Positions 19,016-27,158 of a stretch of 33,254 nucleotides of DNA are shown one piece after another. How positions within the stretch are numbered: the first letter of the stretch is position 1; every line of letters starts with the position of its first letter. The stretch is from an uncultured Candidatus Peribacteria bacterium. GTDB lineage: Bacteria > Patescibacteriota > Gracilibacteria > Peribacterales > Peribacteraceae. Where the stretch lies: NCBI GenBank assembly GCA_964502425.1, contig CAZCWV010000002.1, forward strand, positions 1-33,254, in the 5' to 3' direction. The notes under the pieces are model-generated. The model saw nothing but the letters and a program-made list of their open reading frames with translations, was not told the origin of the DNA and made no database searches. The translations under genes were made by a program, and so were the position numbers.

Positions 19016-20386
19016 ATGCGCTTTGCCCGTCCGTTTTCCCTCATCCTCACACTTTCGCTCCTCGTACCGCTCCTCGCGCAAGCAGTGACGTTCCCTGATG
19101 TGCCGGCAACACATCCTTTCGTGCAGGCAATCGATGGCTTGGTGCAGATGGGCGTGATCAACGGGAATCCGGACGGCACGTTCCGTCCCGGTGATCCCGT
19201 CAACCGCGCGGCGATGCTCAAGATGCTCTACCTCGCATCCGGCAAGACGCCGGCATCCACATCCGTCGATTGCTTCCCCGATGTGGAGGAGGGCAGTTGG
19301 TACGAAACGTACGTCTGCGATGCGGCAGCCAAGGGGTACGTGATGGGCTATGCGGCCGATAATACCTTCAAGCCGGCGCGGCCGGTGACGCGCGCGGAAG
19401 CGCTGAAGATGGTCATTGTCGTATTCGGCATCAACGTTGGTGAAGCTTCGGTCACCGGATCCGCAACCTATACCGATGCGCCCGTCGATGCCTGGTTTGC
19501 ATCCTATGTGAACAGTGCCTTGCAGGCGGGAATCATCCCGCTCAGTGGCAGGGAGTATGCCACAACACTCTCGCCCAACGAGCCCATCGATCGTGCGGAA
19601 GCCGCTGCGTTCATCTGGAACGGCACGCAGAGTTCCGCAGTGTCTTCTGCGTCGAACAGCACATCGTTTGATGCGGCCACAACGTCTTCCGCGGGCTCCG
19701 CCGCGTCCCAAGTGAGTTCCAGGAAGAAGGTGGACTTGGATGACACGGGTGCCTCGGCGCGCGTCTTCAGCCTCAACTTCCCCTTTGACGACATCCAGCG
19801 GTTCGAAGGCAAGACATCGTTCTCGTACCGGTTCCACGCGGACACGTCCTTCGTGGCAGACGTAACCGCGAAGATCCGGGACGGTCAGGGCGGGCTCACA
19901 TGCACGCTCTTCCGGCTTGATGCGGACGGCATGTCCACGGAGTACTACCTCGGCTACACGGAGGGCGCTGGGTGCTACCTGCGCAGCGCGCTTTCGGCGG
20001 GTGATTACCAACTGCAGCTCCAGCCGACGGTGGCGGGGACGGAGTACGTGGTGGAGACTGCGGTGGGGAGTGGCGATGGCAATGACGGCTTTTCGCAGGC
20101 AGCCAACCTGCCGTTCCGGCTGACGCGCGTGGGAGTATTGGAAGACAACGATTTGGAAGATTGGTTCACCTTCACGTTGACGAGCGAACAGAAGATGACC
20201 TTGAGCCTCACGAGCGCGGACAAGCTGCGCTGCATCATCAACCCTTCGAGTAATGTGGATCTCTTCGGCTTCGAGGGGCCGGGATGCAACGCTGCCTACA
20301 CGTATCCCTCTGGCACCTATTACGTGGGTATCGGCCATGCCTTCCCCAAGGCGCAGCGGCAGTTGTACACGATTGAATTGAAGTAG
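19016..20386 (+). CDS. Secreted SLH-domain protein with a C-terminal pre-peptidase-C-terminal-like domain
   Basis: Signal peptide MRFARPFSLILTLSLLVPLLAQA. Three SLH-like repeats (FPDVPATHPFVQAIDGLVQMGVINGNPDGTFRP, etc.), a Ser-rich linker, and a C-terminal LEDNDLEDWFTFTL...GTYYVGIG segment. Confidence 0.85.
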   Translation: MRFARPFSLILTLSLLVPLLAQAVTFPDVPATHPFVQAIDGLVQMGVINGNPDGTFRPGDPVNRAAMLKMLYLASGKTPASTSVDCFPDVEEGSWYETYVCDAAAKGYVMGYAADNTFKPARPVTRAEALKMVIVVFGINVGEASVTGSATYTDAPVDAWFASYVNSALQAGIIPLSGREYATTLSPNEPIDRAEAAAFIWNGTQSSAVSSASNSTSFDAATTSSAGSAASQVSSRKKVDLDDTGASARVFSLNFPFDDIQRFEGKTSFSYRFHADTSFVADVTAKIRDGQGGLTCTLFRLDADGMSTEYYLGYTEGAGCYLRSALSAGDYQLQLQPTVAGTEYVVETAVGSGDGNDGFSQAANLPFRLTRVGVLEDNDLEDWFTFTLTSEQKMTLSLTSADKLRCIINPSSNVDLFGFEGPGCNAAYTYPSGTYYVGIGHAFPKAQRQLYTIELK

Positions 20387-20603
20387 GATCGAGTGGGGGT
20401 GTGGGTCGTTCTCGCGTCGGATGGATGCCGAGGATGCCGACGATTCCGAAGAGCAGTCTTGTCGGAGGTTATATTCGTAGAATGGCCGCTCCTCGGCATC
20501 GCCAGCCCGCCCGAAGCTCGCAAGCGAAGGAGGGTCGGTTTCCTCGGCATCTTTCCTCAAAACTCCTCTTCCCGAGGTCCACTTCGGTTATACTATTGCT
20601 TCC

Positions 20604-21815
20604 ATGCCCCCCTTTGTCACTATCCCAAAGGCCGTTGAATTCCTGCAACGCGGCGGGTTCCTCATCGTCGTGGATGACGAGGGACGCGAGAACGAGGGCG
20701 ACCTCGTCACGGCGGCGGAATCCATCACAGAGGAGGCGATGGCGTTCGCCATACGCCACACGGGCGGCGTGGTGTGCCTGGCCCTCGGCGGCGACATTGC
20801 AGACAGGCTGAAACTATCGCCGATGGTGACACACAACACATCGCGCCTCGGTACGCCCTTTACGGTGAGCGTGGAGGCGGCGGAAGGCGTAACGACGGGC
20901 ATCTCCGCCGGAGACCGCGCGCGGACGGTCCTCGCCGCCATCCATCCCGATGCCGTACCGGCGGATCTCCACCGGCCCGGGCATGTGTTTCCCCTGCGGG
21001 CGGGTGACGACGGTACGCTGGTGCGTGCGGGGCACACGGAAGCGGCAGTGGACCTGTGCCGGATCGCGGGGCTCCGGCCCGGGGCGGTGATCAGCGAACT
21101 CATGCACGACGACGGCACGGTGATGCGGCTCCCCGCGCTGGAGGCATTCGGGAAGGAGCATGGCATTCCCCTCGTCTCCATCGCGGACGTCATTGCTTGG
21201 CGGCACGCCCGCGAGTCGCTCATTGATCCGGAAGCCCGCAGTACGCTGGAGACGGACACGGGTGTGTGGGAAATCCGCGTGTACGAAGACAAGGTGCACC
21301 ATCGTGAGCATGTGGCGCTGGTGAAAGGGGTAATGCAGCAGGAGGTCCCCACGCTCGTTCGCGTGCATTCAGAATGCTTCACGGGAGACGTGCTCGGGTC
21401 GCGCCACTGCGACTGCGGCGAACAGTTGCATCTGGCCATGCGGATCATTGCCGACGAGGGGAGCGGCATTCTCCTCTACTTGCGCCAGGAAGGGCGGGGG
21501 ATCGGACTTGTTAACAAGATCCGCGCGTACGCCGCGCAGCAGCACGATGGGTTGGATACGGTGGAAGCCAACGAGCATTTGGGTTTCCCAGCGGATTTGC
21601 GCGAGTACGGCATCGGCGCGCAGATCCTGCGCGACATCGGCGTGCGGAAGATCCGTCTGCTCACGAACAACCCCAAGAAGATCGCCGGGCTGCACGGGTA
21701 CGGCTTGGAAGTCGTGGAGCAAGTTCCGTTGGAGATCCGGGAACTCTCGGACCGGCAGCGACAGTACCTGAGCGCGAAGAAGACGAAGATGGGTCACCTC
21801 CTGCATCACCTGTGA
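20604..21815 (+). CDS. ribBA: Bifunctional 3,4-dihydroxy-2-butanone-4-phosphate synthase / GTP cyclohydrolase II
   Basis: [61 protein letters not shown]. Confidence 0.95.
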   Translation: MPPFVTIPKAVEFLQRGGFLIVVDDEGRENEGDLVTAAESITEEAMAFAIRHTGGVVCLALGGDIADRLKLSPMVTHNTSRLGTPFTVSVEAAEGVTTGISAGDRARTVLAAIHPDAVPADLHRPGHVFPLRAGDDGTLVRAGHTEAAVDLCRIAGLRPGAVISELMHDDGTVMRLPALEAFGKEHGIPLVSIADVIAWRHARESLIDPEARSTLETDTGVWEIRVYEDKVHHREHVALVKGVMQQEVPTLVRVHSECFTGDVLGSRHCDCGEQLHLAMRIIADEGSGILLYLRQEGRGIGLVNKIRAYAAQQHDGLDTVEANEHLGFPADLREYGIGAQILRDIGVRKIRLLTNNPKKIAGLHGYGLEVVEQVPLEIRELSDRQRQYLSAKKTKMGHLLHHL

Positions 21816-21826
21816 AGTCCGGGCAC

Positions 21827-21850
21827 TTGTATATACGATTGTATATACAA
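21827..21850. repeat. Direct duplication of the palindromic core GTATATAC (TTGTATATAC x2)
   Basis: ttgtatatac ga ttgtatatac aa, starting 12 nt after the ribBA stop. It could be an operator or a small stem-loop. Confidence 0.7.
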
Positions 21851-21932
21851 ACACAACGCGGACGATCCCAAGACGAAAAAATTACATAGAACTACTTACA
21901 CAGCTCCGTCATCTCATTTTTTTCCCGCGCAC

Positions 21933-21960
21933 TTCACAACGCGCTAAAGAGAAGTACAAT
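21933..21960 (+). promoter_or_regulatory. Sigma70-like promoter TTCACA-16 nt-TACAAT for the Lys-rich micro-gene
   Basis: ttcaca at 21933-21938 and tacaat at 21955-21960, within an AT-rich intergenic island. Confidence 0.5.
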
Positions 21961-21990
21961 AATATCCATTAGTTCTTTCCCCCCGTCTTT

Positions 21991-22068
21991 ATGCCTAAGA
22001 AGAAGGCAAAGAAGTCGAAGACAAGGAAGACGAAGAAGAAGAAGGCGACGAAGAAGAAGAGGAGATAG
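21991..22068 (+). CDS. 25-aa extremely basic micro-protein MPKKKAKKSKTRKTKKKKATKKKRR
   Basis: ATG preceded by the same CT-rich tract seen before other genes (ctttccccccgtcttt). It has its own promoter-like element and a strong intrinsic terminator. It is too short to appear in the ORF track. Confidence 0.55.
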   Translation: MPKKKAKKSKTRKTKKKKATKKKRR

Positions 22069-22079
22069 TTCGAGAATGC

Positions 22080-22116
22080 ACGCGCCGTCCCGCGAGGGGG
22101 GGCGCGTTTTTATTTT
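22080..22116 (+). terminator. Rho-independent terminator
   Basis: Stem cgcgcc(g)tccc / gggg(g)ggcgcg with a GCGA (GNRA) tetraloop, followed by TTTTTATTTT. Confidence 0.75.
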
Positions 22117-22297
22117 CCTCTTCCATTTTTCCTGTGTGGGAGGGATTGTTTGGGATTGATGACGAGGCAAGAAATCCGCATGCACAAGCGGAAAATAGGG
22201 ACGCAACCACAAGCGCACACGCAGAGAACGTGCACAGGCGGCAGGTGACGCATGGACGTCACTCGATGTTGGTGGCGCGGCTTTCTGTCGTTGAAGA

Positions 22298-23482
22298 TCA
22301 CCGGATCTTCTTCCAAAGTTTCACTTTGATGACGAGCACCGCGCCAATCGCGAAGAAAACGATCGCGACTTTTATCGCCCATCCGAGGAAGGGGATGAAG
22401 ATGAGCAGCTTGAGGACCGCGAACGATGCAAACGCAATGCCGAACGTCGTCCAGAAGTTCCATTTTTTCTTGAACTTCAACTCCATCCAGTGCGTCACAA
22501 CCAGGGCGGTGACGGGGGCGGCGAAGAGAAGCGTGAGGAGGTACGAGGCGAGCAGCGCGAGGGCGAACGGAATCCCCACCACGGTGATGGCCAGGAGGAT
22601 CATGGCGATGGGGCTGGCCATGAAGAAGAGAAACCCCCAGAGCAAACTCCACCACGGTCTGCGGCGCAGGAGCTTGGCTGCGTCATGGAAGAATGTTTTG
22701 GTGGCGAGTTGGAGCAGGAGCAAGATCGCCGCGCCGGTGAGGAGCGAGAATAGCGTGAATGCGCCCAGGATGGCGGCGAAGGCGCCCTTCTTCTCCCCTG
22801 ACGTCTGCAGTACCTCCTGGTGGAACGTGGCGCGCTGTCCCTGCGAGAGGGCGGCGCCAAAATCCACTTCCCTGTCCGACCAGTAGTCCACGCTTCCCTT
22901 GAACGATGCGTTGGGGGTGATCTCAATATCCTTCGCCGAAATCTTCGCATTGCCTTCCACCGGGCCGGCGACGATCACTTCTCCCCCCTGCACATCCACG
23001 TTCCCGTGGAAGATGCCTTCCATCGAAACGGTGCCGCCACGCACGATGAGGTTCCTCCCCACCGGCCCCCGGAGGACCACTTGGCCTCCGGTTACGATGA
23101 CATCGCCGAGCACCGCACCGTCGTTGCCCACTACAACCGAGCCGCCGGCCACGAGGAGGTCGCCGCGGATCGTCCCGCGGATCTCTACGTCACCACCGGC
23201 CGCGCGCACGTCGTTGCCCACAATGCCCATCACCTTCACCGTGGCGCCCGCCACATTGACGCCTTGCATGACGCGTGCGTCGATGTCCACGCGTTCAGCA
23301 AAGACGAAGAGGTCTCCTCCCACATCCCTCTTGATGCTCGCGAGGCCGCCGGCAATGACGTAGAGGTCATCGGAGACCGGAGCGGGAATGCTCACCGCGG
23401 CGCCGGTGTGGAACGTTGCCGCGAACGCGACGGAAGGGAAGAGGAGGGAAGCCGAGAGGAAGGCGATGGCGATACGTCGCAT
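22298..23482 (-). CDS. Exported beta-helix (bactofilin-like repeat) protein with a C-terminal multi-TM domain
   Basis: Signal peptide MRRIAIAFLSASLLFPSVAFA. About 10 degenerate repeats of the type GGDVEIRGTIRGDLLVAGGSVVV. Four to five hydrophobic helices in the C-terminal 170 aa. Confidence 0.75.
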   Translation of the reverse strand: MRRIAIAFLSASLLFPSVAFAATFHTGAAVSIPAPVSDDLYVIAGGLASIKRDVGGDLFVFAERVDIDARVMQGVNVAGATVKVMGIVGNDVRAAGGDVEIRGTIRGDLLVAGGSVVVGNDGAVLGDVIVTGGQVVLRGPVGRNLIVRGGTVSMEGIFHGNVDVQGGEVIVAGPVEGNAKISAKDIEITPNASFKGSVDYWSDREVDFGAALSQGQRATFHQEVLQTSGEKKGAFAAILGAFTLFSLLTGAAILLLLQLATKTFFHDAAKLLRRRPWWSLLWGFLFFMASPIAMILLAITVVGIPFALALLASYLLTLLFAAPVTALVVTHWMELKFKKKWNFWTTFGIAFASFAVLKLLIFIPFLGWAIKVAIVFFAIGAVLVIKVKLWKKIR

Positions 23483-23690
23483 AGGAACGTTGGAAAGGTT
23501 ACCGGATATTCTACGTTCGGCCTCGCGTGAGTGCCAGTTCTTGGGGGTGCGAGTGGCGAGATTCGTGGGATAGTATTTTTGATGTCATTCCACTTTTCCG
23601 CAATGAAGTGGCACGAGGAAATTGACGCTGGCTCATGGAAAATGCGAAATGCAAAAATGGGACATTCCATCATTGCACATCCACACTTTC

Positions 23691-23837
23691 TCATTTTGCA
23701 TTCGTTGCTCCCTTCTTCCTGAAGGAAATCTGAGTATCCTTCACGTCCACAGTCACGCTGTCGCCTTCGCCGATCTTCCCCTCGATGATCTGGAGGGAGA
23801 GTTCGTCGAGGATGTCCGATTGGATCACGCGCTTAAG
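23691..23837 (-). pseudogene. 3'-terminal remnant of a clpB/clpC-type AAA+ chaperone gene
   Basis: Minus-strand frame reads LKRVIQSDILDELSLQIIEGKIGEGDSVTVDVKDTQISFRKKGATNAK*. This matches the extreme C-terminus of ClpB/ClpC (RPL+RxIQ...GD.V.VDV). There is no start and no upstream AAA+ sequence, and an in-frame TGA lies just upstream. Confidence 0.7.
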
Positions 23838-23912
23838 GTAGGAGGATAATAATCGATAGTATTGAGTGCTAGTTTCGGAACGTCAATGAGGGTTCTATGG
23901 CGGCTCGTACGT

Positions 23913-23955
23913 ACAAACACCGCCCCTGATGCCGGAAGATGGCAATCAGGGGCGG
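23913..23955 (-). terminator. Intrinsic terminator-like hairpin downstream of the small membrane protein gene
   Basis: Perfect 11-bp stem ccgcccctgat / atcaggggcgg with a 14-nt loop, followed on the minus strand by TGTTTGT. Confidence 0.5.
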
Positions 23956-23973
23956 ATGGGCGGGACTTGGCGG

Positions 23974-24324
23974 TCAGTGCGTGCCGCTGCCCATAAAGGC
24001 AATAATGCAGATTACGAGACCTGCAAGACTCCAGCATTCGACGTGGTTGAGTCGTTCGCCGTGATACAGCGCAACAACGATGAAGCCGAGGAGTGTCGCG
24101 ATCGTCACGGCGACCCCCGAGAGCTTCATGGAGAACGGCGCATGCAGGAGGAGAGTGAAGAGTAAGTACCCTCCCATCGCGCACACGCACATCACTCCGG
24201 CGTCGAGCCACCGGCCGTAGTGACGGACCCGGTAGCAGAATTCGTCGGCTGCAGAGAAGACCGCAGCATCCGCAAGGACGCCGAGCATCCACGCAGCCCA
24301 CATCAAACATTTCGCGGGGATCAT
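23974..24324 (-). CDS. Small 4-TM membrane protein (SMR/EamA-half-like tail)
   Basis: 116 aa from ATG 24324 (the track gives GTG 24333). The C-terminus GERLNHVECWSLAGLVICIIAFMGSGTH resembles SMR/DMT tails, but the conserved TM1 Glu is not evident. It is preceded by a canonical AAGGAG (24335-24340), which is unusual in this window. Confidence 0.7.
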   Translation of the reverse strand: MIPAKCLMWAAWMLGVLADAAVFSAADEFCYRVRHYGRWLDAGVMCVCAMGGYLLFTLLLHAPFSMKLSGVAVTIATLLGFIVVALYHGERLNHVECWSLAGLVICIIAFMGSGTH

Positions 24325-24677
24325 ACACCCCACGCTCCTTTCTGCCTCGAAGGCAAATAAGAACCGGCACGCTTCCTGACGGTGGTGCCAAGTACCGGGT
24401 GATACGACGGAAGAACTCGTATCAGTAAAAGTATAACTCTTCCCCCGGGGCGGGGATCAAGAACATGAACGTCATTCAGTTTCTTCTTCCGCGACCTCGT
24501 CCATTCCGTCACCCCGTTCCTCCGTGAGCGCCGCAAACCAATTATACGTTTCCTTCGATCCTTTCGGTCCGTTGCACCGGACGGCGTTCCAGAGTGACGA
24601 GAGGAAGGAGAGGATACGGCGCATCGTGTCCCATGATAACCGCAGCAGCTCCGGCGTCCAGTGATTCACCGTAGTCC

Positions 24678-25802
24678 TTATGCCGCAAGTGGCAATGTGA
24701 AGCTCCCGATCACAACGCGCTTCTGCTGGTCTTCCGGCAGTGATGCTTTCCATTGATTCGCGCGCTGGAGCAGTTGCTGTCCGCTGAAGGCAGGATCGTC
24801 GGGGTTGCCGATGACGACGATGTGGAGGGGATGCTCACCGTTCAAGAGTTCGCCCGGTCCGTGTCCGCCGAAACTGATGGCCTTCGCGAGATCCACGGTT
24901 CTGCTGCCCGCCTTGGAGCTCAGAATCTTCCGCGCGCTCACGAGGAAACCGGCTGGCAACACGTCGCTGGATGTTTTGAACGCGTTGGTCCCGTCGTAGT
25001 AGACCACTTGTGCCACGTGGGCTTCGGCGGGACGGGAAAGCTGCCCAATGGGCTTGAAATGCACGCGTACTCGGTCAATCTCCTCCGTTGTCTTTCCCGC
25101 CTCTGTCAGTTTTCGCGTCATGGCGGCGACGATGGCGTTTGAGTACTTGATCACCAATGCATCGACGGCTTCCGGTGTCACGAGCTGCTTCTTCTCTTCC
25201 GGTGTCAGCGGTCTCTTCAGTTCCTTCTCCAATAACTTCTCCAGCGCGACTCCTCCCGCGCCGCAACCGCCATGGCCTTGGATGACGGTGATGCCCTCCG
25301 CAATGAAGGCGTCAGCCATTTTTTCGATGTGTGACGGGGACAGGGGATTGTTCTCCAGTAGATCGTCCAGATCCATGTCGAGAATACCGGAACCTGCCGT
25401 GCGGATGAGGTGCAATTCCTGTCCGCTGGCTTCCGTCCGATCATCCCCCTCGTCGATGCATCCGATTGCCTTCACCAAACCGGGCTTGTAGAAGGCTTCC
25501 TCGCGCACGCGGTCCGCATGCGCCGTTACGTACTCCTGCCACCCGCCGGCTTCCTTGATATCCAGAAGGAGCTTGCCGTCTCTCTCAAAGTAAGGGGCGA
25601 TGATTTCCGCGGTGTTGTGGGACATGTGCTCATCTTTACCATGTCCGCCTTCCTGAGACAACTTCTCTTTCGGTTCGGATGCCTGCCCATCGTTTGTGAG
25701 TACAGCTGCCGCGGCCGTAGAGAACGCGGTTGTTTTCTCCAAAAATTCGCGTCGATCCATCGTCGGATTTTGCATGGGTTGTTCAGGGAGTGTTTCGAGC
25801 AT
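24678..25802 (-). CDS. Tat-signal protein with divergent beta-carbonic-anhydrase-like zinc-site motifs
   Basis: Twin-arginine motif DRREFLEKTTAFSTAAAAV. IGCIDEGDDR, LIRTAGSG and VIQGHGGCGAGG have beta-CA-like spacing (Cys to His is 63 aa). The start is uncertain: ATG at 25802, 25775 or 25760. Confidence 0.75.
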   Translation of the reverse strand: MLETLPEQPMQNPTMDRREFLEKTTAFSTAAAAVLTNDGQASEPKEKLSQEGGHGKDEHMSHNTAEIIAPYFERDGKLLLDIKEAGGWQEYVTAHADRVREEAFYKPGLVKAIGCIDEGDDRTEASGQELHLIRTAGSGILDMDLDDLLENNPLSPSHIEKMADAFIAEGITVIQGHGGCGAGGVALEKLLEKELKRPLTPEEKKQLVTPEAVDALVIKYSNAIVAAMTRKLTEAGKTTEEIDRVRVHFKPIGQLSRPAEAHVAQVVYYDGTNAFKTSSDVLPAGFLVSARKILSSKAGSRTVDLAKAISFGGHGPGELLNGEHPLHIVVIGNPDDPAFSGQQLLQRANQWKASLPEDQQKRVVIGSFTLPLAA

Positions 25803-25944
25803 AGGGTGGGGGAAAACGTTGCAGAAGAGCGTACGAATGTCCCCCAAAAAATCAAGGGTCTAAAGAGGCAGGTTTGCCCGGAGAGGAATGAAGAATCCCA
25901 GCCATTCCTTTGACCGGAATGCGGAAAGGGACGACCATACGACC

Positions 25945-26193
25945 ATGATGAATTGGTGGTATGGCTACGGGTCGGGGTTCTGGGGTTTTGGGATGATAAT
26001 GATGGTCCTGTGGTGGGCGCTGATCGCCGTCGCGATCGTGGCGCTCATCCGGTGGATCCGTTCCGGGGCGGGGGAGGGGACAGGCGGTCACGCCGGCGGC
26101 CGCGGGTCTGCGCTGGATATCCTCAAAGAGCGGTATGCGAAGGGGGAGATCACGAAGGAGGAATTGGAGGAGATGAAGAAGGATGTTCAATAG
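25945..26193 (+). CDS. SHOCT-domain small membrane protein
   Basis: MMNWWYGYGSGFWGFGMIMMVLWWALIAVAIVALI (TM segment) followed by ALDILKERYAKGEITKEELEEMKKDV (SHOCT motif). Confidence 0.8.
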   Translation: MMNWWYGYGSGFWGFGMIMMVLWWALIAVAIVALIRWIRSGAGEGTGGHAGGRGSALDILKERYAKGEITKEELEEMKKDVQ

Positions 26194-26240
26194 CATTCCA
26201 TCCCTTCTTGTTCGCCGGAAAATGGTGGAATCGATTTTCT

Positions 26241-26270
26241 GAAGACCTGCGGGTCGAAGACCCACTCTGG
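26241..26270 (+). repeat. REP-like palindromic element, copy 1
   Basis: gaagacctgcgggtcgaagacccactctgg. The core is the hairpin gcgggtc-gaa-gaccc(a)c. Confidence 0.8.
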
Positions 26271-26312
26271 TGATTGTGCAGAGAATGGTCATGATCGTAG
26301 CCTTGTTGCTGA

Positions 26313-26375
26313 CCGAGAGCGGGTCTTCTGCCCCTTTCCACCCCTTGAAACAGAGCGGGTCTTCTGACCCGCAGG
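26313..26375 (-). repeat. REP-like element, one partial copy (26313-26334) and one full inverted copy (26351-26375)
   Basis: ccgagagcgggtcttctgcccc and cagagcgggtcttctgacccgcagg. The full copy is the reverse complement of copy 1. Confidence 0.8.
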
Positions 26376-26485
26376 ACAAGAAGATCATCCTCGTTTGTTC
26401 TGCTCAGCTAGCAAACGTCCGTCCGCGAACGCGAATTAAAAAAGTGCCTGCGCGATCCTTCCCTGAGGAATATACTTCCTCCACT

Positions 26486-26562
26486 GCCCCCGTAGCTCAG
26501 CTGGATAGAGCGCCTGGCTTCGGACCAGGAGGTCGTGGGTTCAACTCCTGCCGGGGGTACCA
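26486..26562 (+). tRNA. tRNA-Arg (anticodon UCG) with encoded CCA
   Basis: A cloverleaf can be folded by hand. Acceptor GCCCCCG/CGGGGGT, D arm GCTC-AGCTGGATA-GAGC, anticodon arm CCTGG-CTTCGGA-CCAGG, T arm GTGGG-TTCAACT-CCTGC, then discriminator A and CCA. Confidence 0.9.
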
Positions 26563-26804
26563 CGTAAAATTGCGCGCAGCGAAGCGAGCCGCATATTTTA
26601 CGTGGGACGTGGCGGCGCAGCCGCTTTACGTCCCCGCGCGCAATCACGTGGCGCCGCCATCAGCACAACCCAAGGTTCAATAATTTCTAACCTGCTCCAG
26701 TATTGAGTACCAGCATTAGCGAGTAGAGAATAACGGAACGAAATCCCAAAGTTTCCTCCGAGGCCCCGGGTTCGGGGGTACTCCTCTTGGTATATACTCT
26801 TCTT

Positions 26805-27155
26805 ATGCCTCTCAACGACGATGACCTCGACGAATCCCTCAGCAGCCGCAAGGCGCTCGAGCGGTCCGATCATGGCAAGCAGGAAAAGAAGGAGCAGAAG
26901 GTGAAGCAGGAGCACGGGAAGCAATTGAAAGAACTCCAGCTTCAGGTGCTCAAGCAGCAGGTGGCGCCGGGGAAGGCGGAGGAGGGCGGGAAGGAAGAGG
27001 GGATTAAAACCCGGACGCGGGAGGAGGAAGCGCGGCAGAGCATGGATACCGTCCGGTCGAAGCCCGATCCCGAGACGATGATCAAGAAGGAGGAGCAGGA
27101 GGCGGCGGCGGAGAAGCAGGCGCCGTATGAGAAGGGGAAGGATCAGACGGCGTGA
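26805..27155 (+). CDS. Lys/Glu-rich, probably disordered, 116-aa protein
   Basis: MPLNDDDLDESL...KQEKKEQKVKQEHGKQLKELQ. ATG 26805 is preceded by a CT-rich tract. The track start is a TTG at 26787. Confidence 0.55.
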   Translation: MPLNDDDLDESLSSRKALERSDHGKQEKKEQKVKQEHGKQLKELQLQVLKQQVAPGKAEEGGKEEGIKTRTREEEARQSMDTVRSKPDPETMIKKEEQEAAAEKQAPYEKGKDQTA

Positions 27156-27158
27156 CGA

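Noticed and set aside
20387-20603. Possible FMN (RFN) riboswitch upstream of ribBA, and likewise upstream of ribE
   Set aside because: The conserved RFN core strings are not present on either strand. Only vague resemblances (gucggaugga, agcccgcc) occur, and they are in the wrong order. ribE has only a 12-nt gap after dksA.
24325-24677. Guanidine, fluoride or another known riboswitch in the long leader of the small membrane-protein gene
   Set aside because: A GGCAC/GUGCC hairpin and CCGG repeats are present. However, the ykkC, mini-ykkC, ykkC-III and crcB consensus cores could not be matched by eye, and the transporter lacks the SMR TM1 glutamate. This needs cmsearch.
24472-24753. 93-aa ORF overlapping the end of the Tat-protein gene
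   Set aside because: It overlaps a better-supported CDS and has no motifs or start context. At most a short internal ORF (from ATG 24624) could be real, and that is unsupported.
26766-26784. gggttcgggggtac as a duplicated tRNA-Arg 3' end (att site of an island)
   Set aside because: It matches the tRNA 3' end only if a 10-nt gap is allowed. No integrase is present and there is no contiguous direct repeat.
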